This document shows, one piece after another, positions 55,080 through 63,847 of a stretch of 64,000 bases of DNA. The stretch covers positions 1,887 to 65,886 of the forward strand of contig DATKRV010000021.1 of the NCBI GenBank assembly GCA_035532075.1, read 5' to 3'. The translations under genes were made by a program, and so were the position numbers. Origin of the DNA: Acidimicrobiales bacterium. GTDB lineage: Bacteria > Actinomycetota > Acidimicrobiia > Acidimicrobiales > Bog-793. Within the stretch, counting starts at the first letter, position 1. Every line of letters starts with the position of its first letter. The notes below the pieces were generated by a model. The model had not been told where the DNA came from. It made no database searches and saw nothing but the letters and a program-made list of their open reading frames with translations.

Positions 55080-56540
55080 ATGTGCGCAAATGGTCCAATA
55101 AGAACATATGAGATGCTCATCGGAGGGACGCTCCGACAGGCGCTCGGCGGTGAATTACTTGATTCAACGAATCCCGCGACAGGCGAGATCATTGCGCGCT
55201 TTCCTCGTGGCCAAGCCATCGATATCGATGCGGCTGTGTCGGCGGCTGAAGAGGCATTTGCGGGCTGGTGGGCGACGCCTCCTCGCGATCGTGCCGGTTG
55301 CCTTGAACGACTCGCCGATGTCATTGTCGAGAATTCGGGAGAGCTTGCGCTTCTTGATGTGACTGATAATGGAAGTCCCATTCGAGAGATGAGGAACGAT
55401 GCTTTTGCCGCAGCGCGTCAGCTGCGTTATTTCGCCGGGTTGGTTCTTGAGCAACGAGGTGAAACTGTGCCAGTCGCTCATAACCGGCTCAATTACACAT
55501 TGAGACATCCGTTTGGAGTCGTTGGTCGAATCATTCCATTCAATCACCCATTGATGTTCGCAGGCGGTAAAATCGCCGCTCCGCTGATCGCGGGGAATTG
55601 TGTAGTGTTGAAGCCTTCTGAACATACATCTACTTCTGCATTGCGACTTGGAGAGCTCGCCGCCGATATTTTCCCACCGGGAGTGCTCAACATTGTGACC
55701 GGCTTGGGATCTGAAGTCGGGGATGCTCTCGTCGCACATCCTAAGGCTCGCCGGCTGGCATTTACAGGATCTGCTGAGATCGGTCGAACCATCCAGGCGC
55801 GCGCCGCGACACAGGTTGTCAAAACAGTGACTCTAGAACTCGGTGGGAAGAATCCAATCGTCGTCTTTAAAGATGCAGACGTTGATGCTGCCATAAGCGG
55901 AGCGTTACGCGGTATGAACTTCACCTGGCAGGGTCAGTCATGCGGCTCTACTTCCAGACTCATTGTGCATGAATCCATAAAGGAATATTTTGTGGATCAG
56001 CTTTCGCAGAAGATGGGAGCTCTTCGATCTGGTGATCCCGGCGATGAAAGCACGGATACCGGCGCAATAGTCCATCGGCGTCAATACGACAAGGTCATGC
56101 AGTATCTCGAAATTGCTCGAGCGGAGGGACTTGAAGTGGTCACTGGAGGGGGTCGACCCAATGACCCAAGTCTGAAAGATGGAATGTTTATTCGACCGAC
56201 TTTGTTTCAGAATGTTCCTTCGAATTCGCGGCTACTCAAAGAGGAGATCTTCGGTCCGGTACTTGTGACCGTGCCTTTTCATGATTATGACGAGGCCATT
56301 CAAATTGCAAACGATGTCGCTTACGGTCTCACAGCATCCGTCTTTACACGCGATTTGTCGACCGCGCATCGGTTCGCACGCGATATTGAGTCGGGATATG
56401 TGTGGGTGAATGATGCCTCGGCACATTTCCCAGGTACTTCGTATGGGGGGGTGAAAGATTCAGGTGTCGGTCGTGAAGAGAGTCTTGAAGAGATTCTCTC
56501 ATATAGCCAGATCAAAAACGTAAATGTTCTCTTCGGTTAG
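55080..56540 (+). CDS. NAD(P)-dependent aldehyde dehydrogenase
   Basis: Motifs FNHPL, ELGGKNP, the catalytic Cys in WQGQSCGSTSR and EEIFGPV. ATG 55080 (RBS aggggga) is preferred over the ORF opening at 55050. Confidence 0.93.
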   Translation: MCANGPIRTYEMLIGGTLRQALGGELLDSTNPATGEIIARFPRGQAIDIDAAVSAAEEAFAGWWATPPRDRAGCLERLADVIVENSGELALLDVTDNGSPIREMRNDAFAAARQLRYFAGLVLEQRGETVPVAHNRLNYTLRHPFGVVGRIIPFNHPLMFAGGKIAAPLIAGNCVVLKPSEHTSTSALRLGELAADIFPPGVLNIVTGLGSEVGDALVAHPKARRLAFTGSAEIGRTIQARAATQVVKTVTLELGGKNPIVVFKDADVDAAISGALRGMNFTWQGQSCGSTSRLIVHESIKEYFVDQLSQKMGALRSGDPGDESTDTGAIVHRRQYDKVMQYLEIARAEGLEVVTGGGRPNDPSLKDGMFIRPTLFQNVPSNSRLLKEEIFGPVLVTVPFHDYDEAIQIANDVAYGLTASVFTRDLSTAHRFARDIESGYVWVNDASAHFPGTSYGGVKDSGVGREESLEEILSYSQIKNVNVLFG

Positions 56541-56879
56541 TTCTGGTACCTTCCTGTGTTCGTATTATCCAAAGGTTTTATTTAGCGCTAGGAGTGAATC
56601 GAAGAGAGAGTCAAATGGTCTTGCACGGAGTCGATGCTTGAATTCGTCTTGTCGGAGGTGATGGAGAGTCGTTGGAATCAAAGTATTGCCGGTGTCGGCT
56701 CGTGGGAAGGAAACTGCATCTCTCATCAACATCGTGGAACCGCGCCAAAGTACTAATGCATATTCGTCTAACGAAATCAGGGAGCGAGTAATCGATACGG
56801 CGTCGGCGAATGCATAGATTTCGGTATACGCCGGAGCTAGCATAAAAATGCTAATCGATCGGACTAGGAGGGGACTTAA

Positions 56880-58121
56880 TTGCTTGGAAGATCCGTGTTC
56901 GGAAAAGTTCTGATATTCCAGAAAGTAACGACTTATGTGGCTGCTATTGCTGCTTTCGCGATGGGGCTGGGAGCGATTTTTGCCGTTGGGATGAATAGCG
57001 CAGGAGCGACCTCGACTGATGCTGCTTCGAAAGTTCCAATTCCGTATTGCTTAGAGGAACCGCTTACTGGTAACGCCGCTTCATTGGGACTGCCGTCAGA
57101 AGAGGTTGCAACAATCGTTGTAAACCATTTGAATGCTACTGGGGGTATTGACGGTCATAAAATTATTTTGAATGCGATTGACAGTCTTGGTACTGCTCAA
57201 GGTGGTGCGGCGGCAGCGAACCGTGCTGTCTATGTAGATCATTGTCCATTAATTTCTGGCGGGTTCGCATCCGTGATGCTTGCCACCCAACAAGTTGCTG
57301 CACCCGCGAAAGTGCTCGTGTTGAACGATGGAGGTGCTGGTACTGAGCTGCTTCGAAAGCCCTATCTCTATGACCTCTCACCACAGCCTCCAGTTCTTGC
57401 TCCGGCGGGGGCAAAGTGGCAAATTGCCCACGGGGTGAAATCGATCGTCGAGATCTATTCGGACGATGCTTATGGTGAACAGAACGCATCTGTATACAAA
57501 GGCGTTTTTACTCACCTCGGTGGAAAGGTTCTTGGAATGATCCCGTTCCCATTAGGGACAACGGATTTTTCGGCCGAACTTGCCCAAGCAAAGTCATTGA
57601 ATCCAGATGGTTATTATTCAGTTGTTCTTGGTGCTTCGCAGGGTTTCCTTGATAATCAGGTAGCTTCGGCGGGCCTGATTGGGAAGATGTGGATGGGGCC
57701 GTTACTCAGTGGTAATTACAAGATTGCTGGAACGAACGAGAACGGAACTGCAACATCTGGATTTATAGGAGTGAACCCGTATGTCAACCCCAACGCGAAG
57801 AGCGTCGTGCAGTTGGCAAAGTGGTGGGCTGTGGCATATCCCTCTACTCCGTTCTCCCCAACATTGTCGTATCTCAACGGATATCAAGAGTTAGAGGCAT
57901 TTGTCACGCTTGAAAAAGAGGCAATTGCCGATGGACTCAATCCCCTTCGAGGTTCATCGCTGCTTAAGGAACTCAACAAGCATCCGAAGATCCCGAGTGT
58001 GTCAACAAACCAATCGATTACGTTCAATCTTGGGACTCATGGTTCGAACGAAGACATCGCGATTCAGAACCTTGTAGGTAATGGGACTACCGTTAGCACT
58101 CTCAAGTTGATAAAGAGCTAA
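56880..58121 (+). CDS. ABC transporter substrate-binding protein, Liv/Peripla_BP_6 type
   Basis: 413 aa with an N-terminal signal/TM (VAAIAAFAMGLGAIFAV), then a type I periplasmic binding fold pattern (PLTGNAASLG...GGIDGHKI). TTG start with the RBS ggagggg. Confidence 0.85.
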   Translation: MLGRSVFGKVLIFQKVTTYVAAIAAFAMGLGAIFAVGMNSAGATSTDAASKVPIPYCLEEPLTGNAASLGLPSEEVATIVVNHLNATGGIDGHKIILNAIDSLGTAQGGAAAANRAVYVDHCPLISGGFASVMLATQQVAAPAKVLVLNDGGAGTELLRKPYLYDLSPQPPVLAPAGAKWQIAHGVKSIVEIYSDDAYGEQNASVYKGVFTHLGGKVLGMIPFPLGTTDFSAELAQAKSLNPDGYYSVVLGASQGFLDNQVASAGLIGKMWMGPLLSGNYKIAGTNENGTATSGFIGVNPYVNPNAKSVVQLAKWWAVAYPSTPFSPTLSYLNGYQELEAFVTLEKEAIADGLNPLRGSSLLKELNKHPKIPSVSTNQSITFNLGTHGSNEDIAIQNLVGNGTTVSTLKLIKS

Positions 58122-58205
58122 CCCATCTGAGTCCACGACAGGCAGGGGTTGGATGATCCAACCCCTGCCTGGTGCGTAGCGCTTGTTAAGGGGAACAGGA
58201 ATCAA

Positions 58206-59087
58206 ATGGTCCGTCTTTTAAATCTCATTATTATTGGTGTGACCACGGGGAGTCTTTATGCTCTCGTGACCGTAGGCTTTGGACTAATTTTTAATGCGAC
58301 ACACATATTTCATCTAGCACACGCAGCAGTAATTTGTATATCTGCTTATATCGCCTATACGGTCTCAGTGGACCACCATGTACCACTGCTGTTGGGATTC
58401 TCGATCGGACTCGTAGCATCCGTAGTTGTCGGCATTGCCTGCGAAACATTCGTATACGGACCTTTGCGAGCTCGAGGTAGCGACCCTAGATCGATGTTCC
58501 TAATGTCTGTCGGGCTATTGACCGTAGCCGAGGGGTCTTTGGGTGCAATTTATGGTCCAACGGCACTTTCGTTTAGCGCTTTACCCTACACTTCGGTGAA
58601 CACCGGAAGCATCACGGTTCCTTGGGCAAACATATGGATGCTCGCTGCTTGGCCAGTCGTAGTCGTCGTGGGAGCTTATTTGAAATGGGCTCCCTCGGGT
58701 CGGATGATAAGGGCAATAAGCGATAACTGGCGAACCGCGGAGGCCATGGGAGTTCGGAATCGTTATTATTACAAAATTGTATTTGGTATTGGGTCAGCAC
58801 TCGCCGCACCGTTCGCGCTGCTTTTTGTCTGGCAAAACGGTTTGACTCCGACGTCTGGACTACCCCCACTTCTCATTGCTTCCGCGGCGGTCATACTTGG
58901 AGGTAGAGAGAGCCTCGTTGGAGGTTGCATCTGGGCGCTCGTACTAAGTCTTGTTGGATCCCTATCGACGGAGATTATCTCTCCTGCTTGGCAGCTTGCG
59001 GTTATCTTTGGTTTAACGTTCATCGTGCTTCTCATAAAATCAATGATGACGGAAGGTGGCTTATTGACCGGAGAGGCTGCATTCTGA
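58206..59087 (+). CDS. livH: Branched-chain-type ABC transporter permease (LivH-like)
   Basis: ATG 58206 within ORF 58149..59087. Polytopic, with the family N-terminus (LLNLIIIGVTTGSLYALVTVGFGLIF). Confidence 0.85.
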   Translation: MVRLLNLIIIGVTTGSLYALVTVGFGLIFNATHIFHLAHAAVICISAYIAYTVSVDHHVPLLLGFSIGLVASVVVGIACETFVYGPLRARGSDPRSMFLMSVGLLTVAEGSLGAIYGPTALSFSALPYTSVNTGSITVPWANIWMLAAWPVVVVVGAYLKWAPSGRMIRAISDNWRTAEAMGVRNRYYYKIVFGIGSALAAPFALLFVWQNGLTPTSGLPPLLIASAAVILGGRESLVGGCIWALVLSLVGSLSTEIISPAWQLAVIFGLTFIVLLIKSMMTEGGLLTGEAAF

Positions 59088-59163
59088 TGTGCGCTGCATT
59101 GGTCAACCAAAAGGAGGTTATGACGCTGAGAATTACTCGGCGTGCCTGTAGTCGGAGAGACAA

Positions 59164-60111
59164 ATGAACTACGCGATGATCATCGCAATCGATTGCGGAA
59201 TCTATATCGTGCTTGGCGTGGGAATGAGCATTGCCTTTGCTTGGGGTGGTTTTTTCTCTCTAGTACAAGGCGCAATTTTTGGTTTTGGTTCTTATGCCTT
59301 TGCGCAGGGGTACCTTCAAATGAAACTCCCTTGGTTTTTGGGCATACTATTTTCATTTGTCGTCGGATTTGTCGGTTCCGGCATGCTGGGTGCTCTCCTT
59401 TCACGATTTACAGCAGATTTTGCCGTGATAAGTACGCTTGCCCTTGGGGTCGCGTTAGAGACAATATTTGGCAACTGGAATTCTCTGACGGGGGGTTTTT
59501 CGGGTTTGTACGGCATCCCGCGTCCGAGAGTTTTTGGTTCAAGTACCGGATCTCCGGAATCATTTGCTATTTATGTGCTTTGCATAGCACTCCTTGTCGT
59601 GGTTGTAGTTTTGTTCCTGAGACGGTCGCAAGCAGTACTTCTTGCGCGCGCGCAAGCGATGGATCCTCCATTGTTGGCATCTTTGGGAGTAGATCCCAGA
59701 ATCTTTCGACTTGTGGCTTTTAGCGTTGCAGGCGGTATTACGGCAATCGGAGGAGCTCTCTTCGCGCAGTCAGCGGGCTACATTGATCCGAGCTCTTTTG
59801 ACATTACTCAGGCCTTTTCGCTTATCGTAATTGTCGTCGTGGGAGGCGCGGGGAATATCTATGGAGCTGTCGTAGCTGCTATTTTTCTGACCGCTGCTCC
59901 GCAGCTGATCGGATTAATTCCTGGCTCTTCTGATTTGATCGCTCAAATCCAATTGATGCTTTCGGGCGCGGTTCTTGTTGTCTCAATAGCCATACGTCCT
60001 AGCGGTCTTTTTGCGGAGCGCCGCTTTGTAAGGAGTGGACTCGCGACGAAATCTGACGGGAATCAGATTTTGCTCAATGGTGTTGACGCGGATCAAATAA
60101 ATGCTCATTGA
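59164..60111 (+). CDS. livM: Branched-chain-type ABC transporter permease (LivM-like)
   Basis: 315 aa, polytopic, with the LivM-type motifs (GGFFSLVQGAIFGFGSY and VVVGGAGNIYGAVVAA). Confidence 0.85.
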   Translation: MNYAMIIAIDCGIYIVLGVGMSIAFAWGGFFSLVQGAIFGFGSYAFAQGYLQMKLPWFLGILFSFVVGFVGSGMLGALLSRFTADFAVISTLALGVALETIFGNWNSLTGGFSGLYGIPRPRVFGSSTGSPESFAIYVLCIALLVVVVVLFLRRSQAVLLARAQAMDPPLLASLGVDPRIFRLVAFSVAGGITAIGGALFAQSAGYIDPSSFDITQAFSLIVIVVVGGAGNIYGAVVAAIFLTAAPQLIGLIPGSSDLIAQIQLMLSGAVLVVSIAIRPSGLFAERRFVRSGLATKSDGNQILLNGVDADQINAH

Positions 60112-60220
60112 CATTTCACAAGTTAGAAAATATACATTGGGGTCTTGGATAAATCTGTTGGACACTTGCGTAAGTAGCGGCTCGTATCTTGGTGCCTTCG
60201 AGACTTACGGGAGATCGTAA

Positions 60221-61033
60221 GTGAATAACGAAAATGTAGATCTGTCTCACGGTGGGCGCAGCAGTAGCAGCACAACGCGCAATGAGACCATAGCCATATC
60301 TGTTGAGAATGTAAGCAAGAATTTTGGTGGGGTTGCTGCGCTATCAGACGTCTCCTTCACGACGAAGGAGGGGAGTTTAACGGCGCTCATTGGTCCGAAT
60401 GGAGCAGGTAAATCTACACTGTTTAATATAGCTTCGGGTACGTTGCCAGCTACAAGCGGCGAAGTGAGGCTTTTTGGCACAACCGTGCGTGACGGAGCGC
60501 CGCACAAGGTAGCGCGGGCGGGCCTAAGTAGGACTTTTCAGTCAACTCGGGTGTTTCCACTACTTTCGGTTCTCGAGAATCTCACGGTGGCCCACCTTTC
60601 ACGCAAAGAAGCTCGACAAATATGGGTGCCGCGACGATGGAGAAGTGAGGCGCGAGAGATAGCGCGCCGCGTTGCAAATGAATATGGTCTAGAGCGCGAA
60701 CTAGACGTCCTGGCCAAAGATCTGTCGATTGCAGAAATGCGCGTTCTCATGTTGACGGTTGCAGTCATTCGCGATCCAAGGATTATATTTCTCGATGAGA
60801 TCGTTGCGGGAATGGATGCGAAGGCGTGTCACGAAATCGCCAACCACCTGCGGCTCTTGAGCAGTGGCGGCACAACAATTCTTCTCGTGGAACATAATTT
60901 GTCTTTTGTGTGGGAAACCGCAGCTCATGTCGTGGTACTTGACGCGGGGAAGCTGATTGCTCAAGGAACTCCAGAACAGGTTCAACAAGATCCTGAGGTG
61001 GGAAGGGTGTACTTTGGATCCGAATTGCGCTGA
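60221..61033 (+). CDS. livG: ABC transporter ATP-binding protein (LivG-like)
   Basis: Walker A (GPNGAGKST), Walker B (IFLDEIVAGMD) and H-loop (VEHN). It ends with the LivG-type tail DPEVGRVYFG. Confidence 0.9.
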   Translation: MNNENVDLSHGGRSSSSTTRNETIAISVENVSKNFGGVAALSDVSFTTKEGSLTALIGPNGAGKSTLFNIASGTLPATSGEVRLFGTTVRDGAPHKVARAGLSRTFQSTRVFPLLSVLENLTVAHLSRKEARQIWVPRRWRSEAREIARRVANEYGLERELDVLAKDLSIAEMRVLMLTVAVIRDPRIIFLDEIVAGMDAKACHEIANHLRLLSSGGTTILLVEHNLSFVWETAAHVVVLDAGKLIAQGTPEQVQQDPEVGRVYFGSELR

Positions 61034-61736
61034 TGCACTTGAAGTAAATCTTCGCCGGGGAGCTTACGTTCGACAAGAGGCAGTTATACGTGACATCAGT
61101 TTTGTGTTGCCCAGCGGCGCAATGCTTCTCATCATGGGTCATAACGGCGCGGGGAAGACCACACTTCTGAGGGCAATTGCAGGGTTGCTTCCGATCACTG
61201 ACGCAGAGATCTCACTCTCTGGCAGGCAAATTCGCGGTGGACCTGTTGAGCGTATGGCTATGGGTTTAGGTTTCGTTGCTGCCGGGCGACACTGCTTTCC
61301 ACGGCTCACGGTTCGTGAAAACTTCATGGTTGCCGGAGAAACCCGGCAATGTCGCGGAGCTGAGATGAACGGACGAATTGATGAGGTCTTGGCTCTTTTT
61401 CCAGAGCTGGTCGCTCTTGTCAGTAAGGCTGCGGGCCAACTTAGCGGCGGTCAGCAGCGCATGGTCGCACTTGGTATTGGATTGATTCAACGCCCCAAAG
61501 TCTTGCTTGTGGATGAGCCGTCGCTCGGGTTGGCCCCATCTGTTGTGAACAGAGTCTATGAGGCTGTTACCGCGATGCGTAACGAGTTCGGAATGAGTGT
61601 CGTTGTTGTGGAGCAGAATGTCGATCTCGAACGAGTGAAATTTGATGAGTTGCTTATGTTGAGAACCGGTAGTATGGCGCTCAAGGTTGAGCGTGCGATG
61701 ATTCCCACTCCAGACGAACTACTGGCCTATTTCTAA
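61014..61736 (+). CDS. livF: ABC transporter ATP-binding protein (LivF-like)
   Basis: Walker A (GHNGAGKTT), signature (LSGGQQRMV) and Walker B (LLVDEPSLGLAP). The ORF track opens at 60957. I prefer the in-frame TTG 61014 behind gaggtgggaaggg, which overlaps the livG end by 20 nt. Confidence 0.85.
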   Translation: MDPNCADALEVNLRRGAYVRQEAVIRDISFVLPSGAMLLIMGHNGAGKTTLLRAIAGLLPITDAEISLSGRQIRGGPVERMAMGLGFVAAGRHCFPRLTVRENFMVAGETRQCRGAEMNGRIDEVLALFPELVALVSKAAGQLSGGQQRMVALGIGLIQRPKVLLVDEPSLGLAPSVVNRVYEAVTAMRNEFGMSVVVVEQNVDLERVKFDELLMLRTGSMALKVERAMIPTPDELLAYF

Positions 61737-62454
61737 AGCAGATACGGATATTTGGAGGACTTGATTGAAAAGTCGGGTCGAGATTTTCTGTCCTTATGAC
61801 AGAACCACCGTAGATTAGCGCGCGTTTGAAAGACTGAATATCGACGCGATTGACCATAGGTGACCAAGAAGTAGTCGCGTATTCTGTCTATTCGGTCGAT
61901 TTTGGAACTCGGCACCCGGGCGAAAGCTTTCAGGTGAGTTGCCAGGGATTGAGTTGTTGGTGATCTTTGTGGATTTCTGTTTCTGGAGGTGCGATTTAGC
62001 GAGTCTTTGTGGGTCTTGCGACGATAGCGCCAACTCTCCTTGCCTGGAGAAAATATCCAACGCAAAATAACGCGCGGGAAAAGTTCCTATCATCCAACTC
62101 CATCTTGTGCTCAAACCTCTGTGCCAAGGCAAAAGCCTAGAAGCTTCCGTGAGTCAATTCATTGGTCCGAGACGTTGCACCACGCTTGAGGGCTTCATGA
62201 AAAAGCATGCAGGCTCTGTCTGGGGTGCGTGTAATACTTCAGTCACGTATCCGTTAAGAAACTCATTGAGTATTGCGATCGCGCTGCGTATAATCGCTAA
62301 ATATAACATGAAGCACAGAGCAGCGTTGGAGGGTAATTCCAATTTCGTGTCACGTGTTATCGGGCTTTTCGCGATGGCTACACGTGAAATGCCTGGATGT
62401 CATGTTGGGGGTTGGAGTTGCAGACATTTACTTAGCTAGGGGAAGGCATTTCAT

Positions 62455-63570
62455 ATGAGACGGACATTCGCATCGAAGTTGGGAGTCGGAGTCATGGCTG
62501 CGGCAATTGGATTGTTTGGGGCGGTGGTAGCGCCACTATCGGTTCAGGCAACGTCGGCTCCGAAGCTGGTAAAGCATACTGAACCTGAGATTAATCTCGT
62601 AGAGGCAGGTTCAATCCCGGGTCGATTGAGCGTCTATGTGGCGCTTTACAACAGGCTCTTTCAGAGGTTTGGACTGGATGTACATCTTGTCGAGGCTTCA
62701 AGTGGTACGCAAGCCGCTTCACTTTTGTCAGGGGGCGCTGCGCAATTTGAAGCGGGCCAGGTTTCAGACGCTTTGAACCAAGTGGTCGCAGGAGTTCCGA
62801 TAACTGCGATTGCTTCGATGTCAAATCGCATATCAAACTCAATGATTGTTTCACCAACTTTGCAATCCGATTTGAATTCCAAGGGTCTCGCTGCATTGGC
62901 GAATGTGCCGATTGGCATTACCGGAGTTGGCTCTGGTACCTGGGAATACGCAGAACTTTTAGCAAAGCAAGCCAACCTTTCGACGTCACAGATAAATCTG
63001 GTTCCGATAGGCGCAAACCAGGTCACGGTTTATCAGGATTTCGTCTCCGGAAGGGTAAAGGGGCTAGTTTTCGGTGACCCCGTCGATCTTGAACTCACCG
63101 GGACAGGACAAGCTATCTGGGCCGCGGATGAACAGAATGTCAGTCATGGTGTCGCGAAGAAATATCCGACGTTGGTAAAAATGGCGAAAGAGCCATATAT
63201 TTTCGACTGGTGTTTCACGACAACTTCGTACGCACATTCACATCCAGTCATCGTGCAGGACTTTGCCAATGCGATAATTGCAGCACAAAATTACATTCTG
63301 CATCATTCTGCCGCAAAGATTGGGTCAGAGCTTGCTCAGAATAATCCTTCGTTTTCAGCGTTTGGATCTGGATACTTGACCGAATCGGTTAAGAGGATGG
63401 TGAAGAGTGGTGCGATTGTCTCTTCAGTCATACCGACCAAAGCCGGATTCAGCAATGCGGTAGCGTACCAAGCCGTTACGGACCCAGCGTTAAGTAAGAT
63501 TCCTTATTCGCAAGTTGTGAATGCAAGTTATGCGATTAAGGCGAAGAAAATTGTTGGCAACAAGTCCTAA
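62455..63570 (+). CDS. NMT1/THI5-SsuA-like substrate-binding protein (NitT/TauT-type ABC component), secreted
   Basis: 371 aa with a signal peptide (VMAAAIGLFGAVVAPLSVQA) and a type II binding-protein pattern with a Gly-rich turn (GITGVGSGTW). Confidence 0.75.
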   Translation: MRRTFASKLGVGVMAAAIGLFGAVVAPLSVQATSAPKLVKHTEPEINLVEAGSIPGRLSVYVALYNRLFQRFGLDVHLVEASSGTQAASLLSGGAAQFEAGQVSDALNQVVAGVPITAIASMSNRISNSMIVSPTLQSDLNSKGLAALANVPIGITGVGSGTWEYAELLAKQANLSTSQINLVPIGANQVTVYQDFVSGRVKGLVFGDPVDLELTGTGQAIWAADEQNVSHGVAKKYPTLVKMAKEPYIFDWCFTTTSYAHSHPVIVQDFANAIIAAQNYILHHSAAKIGSELAQNNPSFSAFGSGYLTESVKRMVKSGAIVSSVIPTKAGFSNAVAYQAVTDPALSKIPYSQVVNASYAIKAKKIVGNKS

Positions 63571-63613
63571 CGAAACTAAGGGCATAGTTAAAGCTTTGCG
63601 TAATTAGCGCGTT

Positions 63614-63649
63614 GGTCCGAACATGAGGAGGTATTTCATGTTCGGACCG
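63614..63649 (+). terminator. Stem-loop (13-bp perfect stem, 10-nt loop) after the binding-protein gene
   Basis: GGTCCGAACATGA-ggaggtattt-TCATGTTCGGACC, 44 nt after the stop at 63570. No U-tract follows. The loop contains GGAGG and the 3' arm contains an ATG. Confidence 0.4.
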
Positions 63650-63715
63650 ACGATTGCTAGCTGTGGTGATCAGAGTTGCCTGTACCTCGATTTCGCTCTC
63701 GCTCCGATGAAATAA
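63638..63715 (+). CDS. Candidate 25-aa small ORF (MFGPTIASCGDQSCLYLDFALAPMK)
   Basis: ATG lies 6 nt after GGAGG and the stop is TAA. It falls below the ORF-track length cut-off. The only support is the Shine-Dalgarno spacing. Confidence 0.2.
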   Translation: MFGPTIASCGDQSCLYLDFALAPMK

Positions 63716-63847
63716 TCTGCTTGGTGACGTCGCGCGATTGAGCAAGCTCTCGTCCTTCTCCAAGTCTGATAATCATGCTTTTGTCAGGAGTCTGAGTTGT
63801 CGGTGGATTGTCGAGTTTGAATCTCTCTCGATCAAGGAGGCCTTTTC

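Noticed and set aside
61733-62132. Possible tyrosine-recombinase (integrase) C-terminal remnant
   Set aside because: On the minus strand, one frame reads ...SLATHLKAF... and a shifted frame reads ...RLLLGHLWSIASIFSL..., faintly recalling ATHLL...LLGH...Y of Xer/phage integrases. The match needs a frameshift, the spacing is too long, and I cannot find the R, HxxR or catalytic Tyr contexts. The evidence is too weak to call a mobile element.
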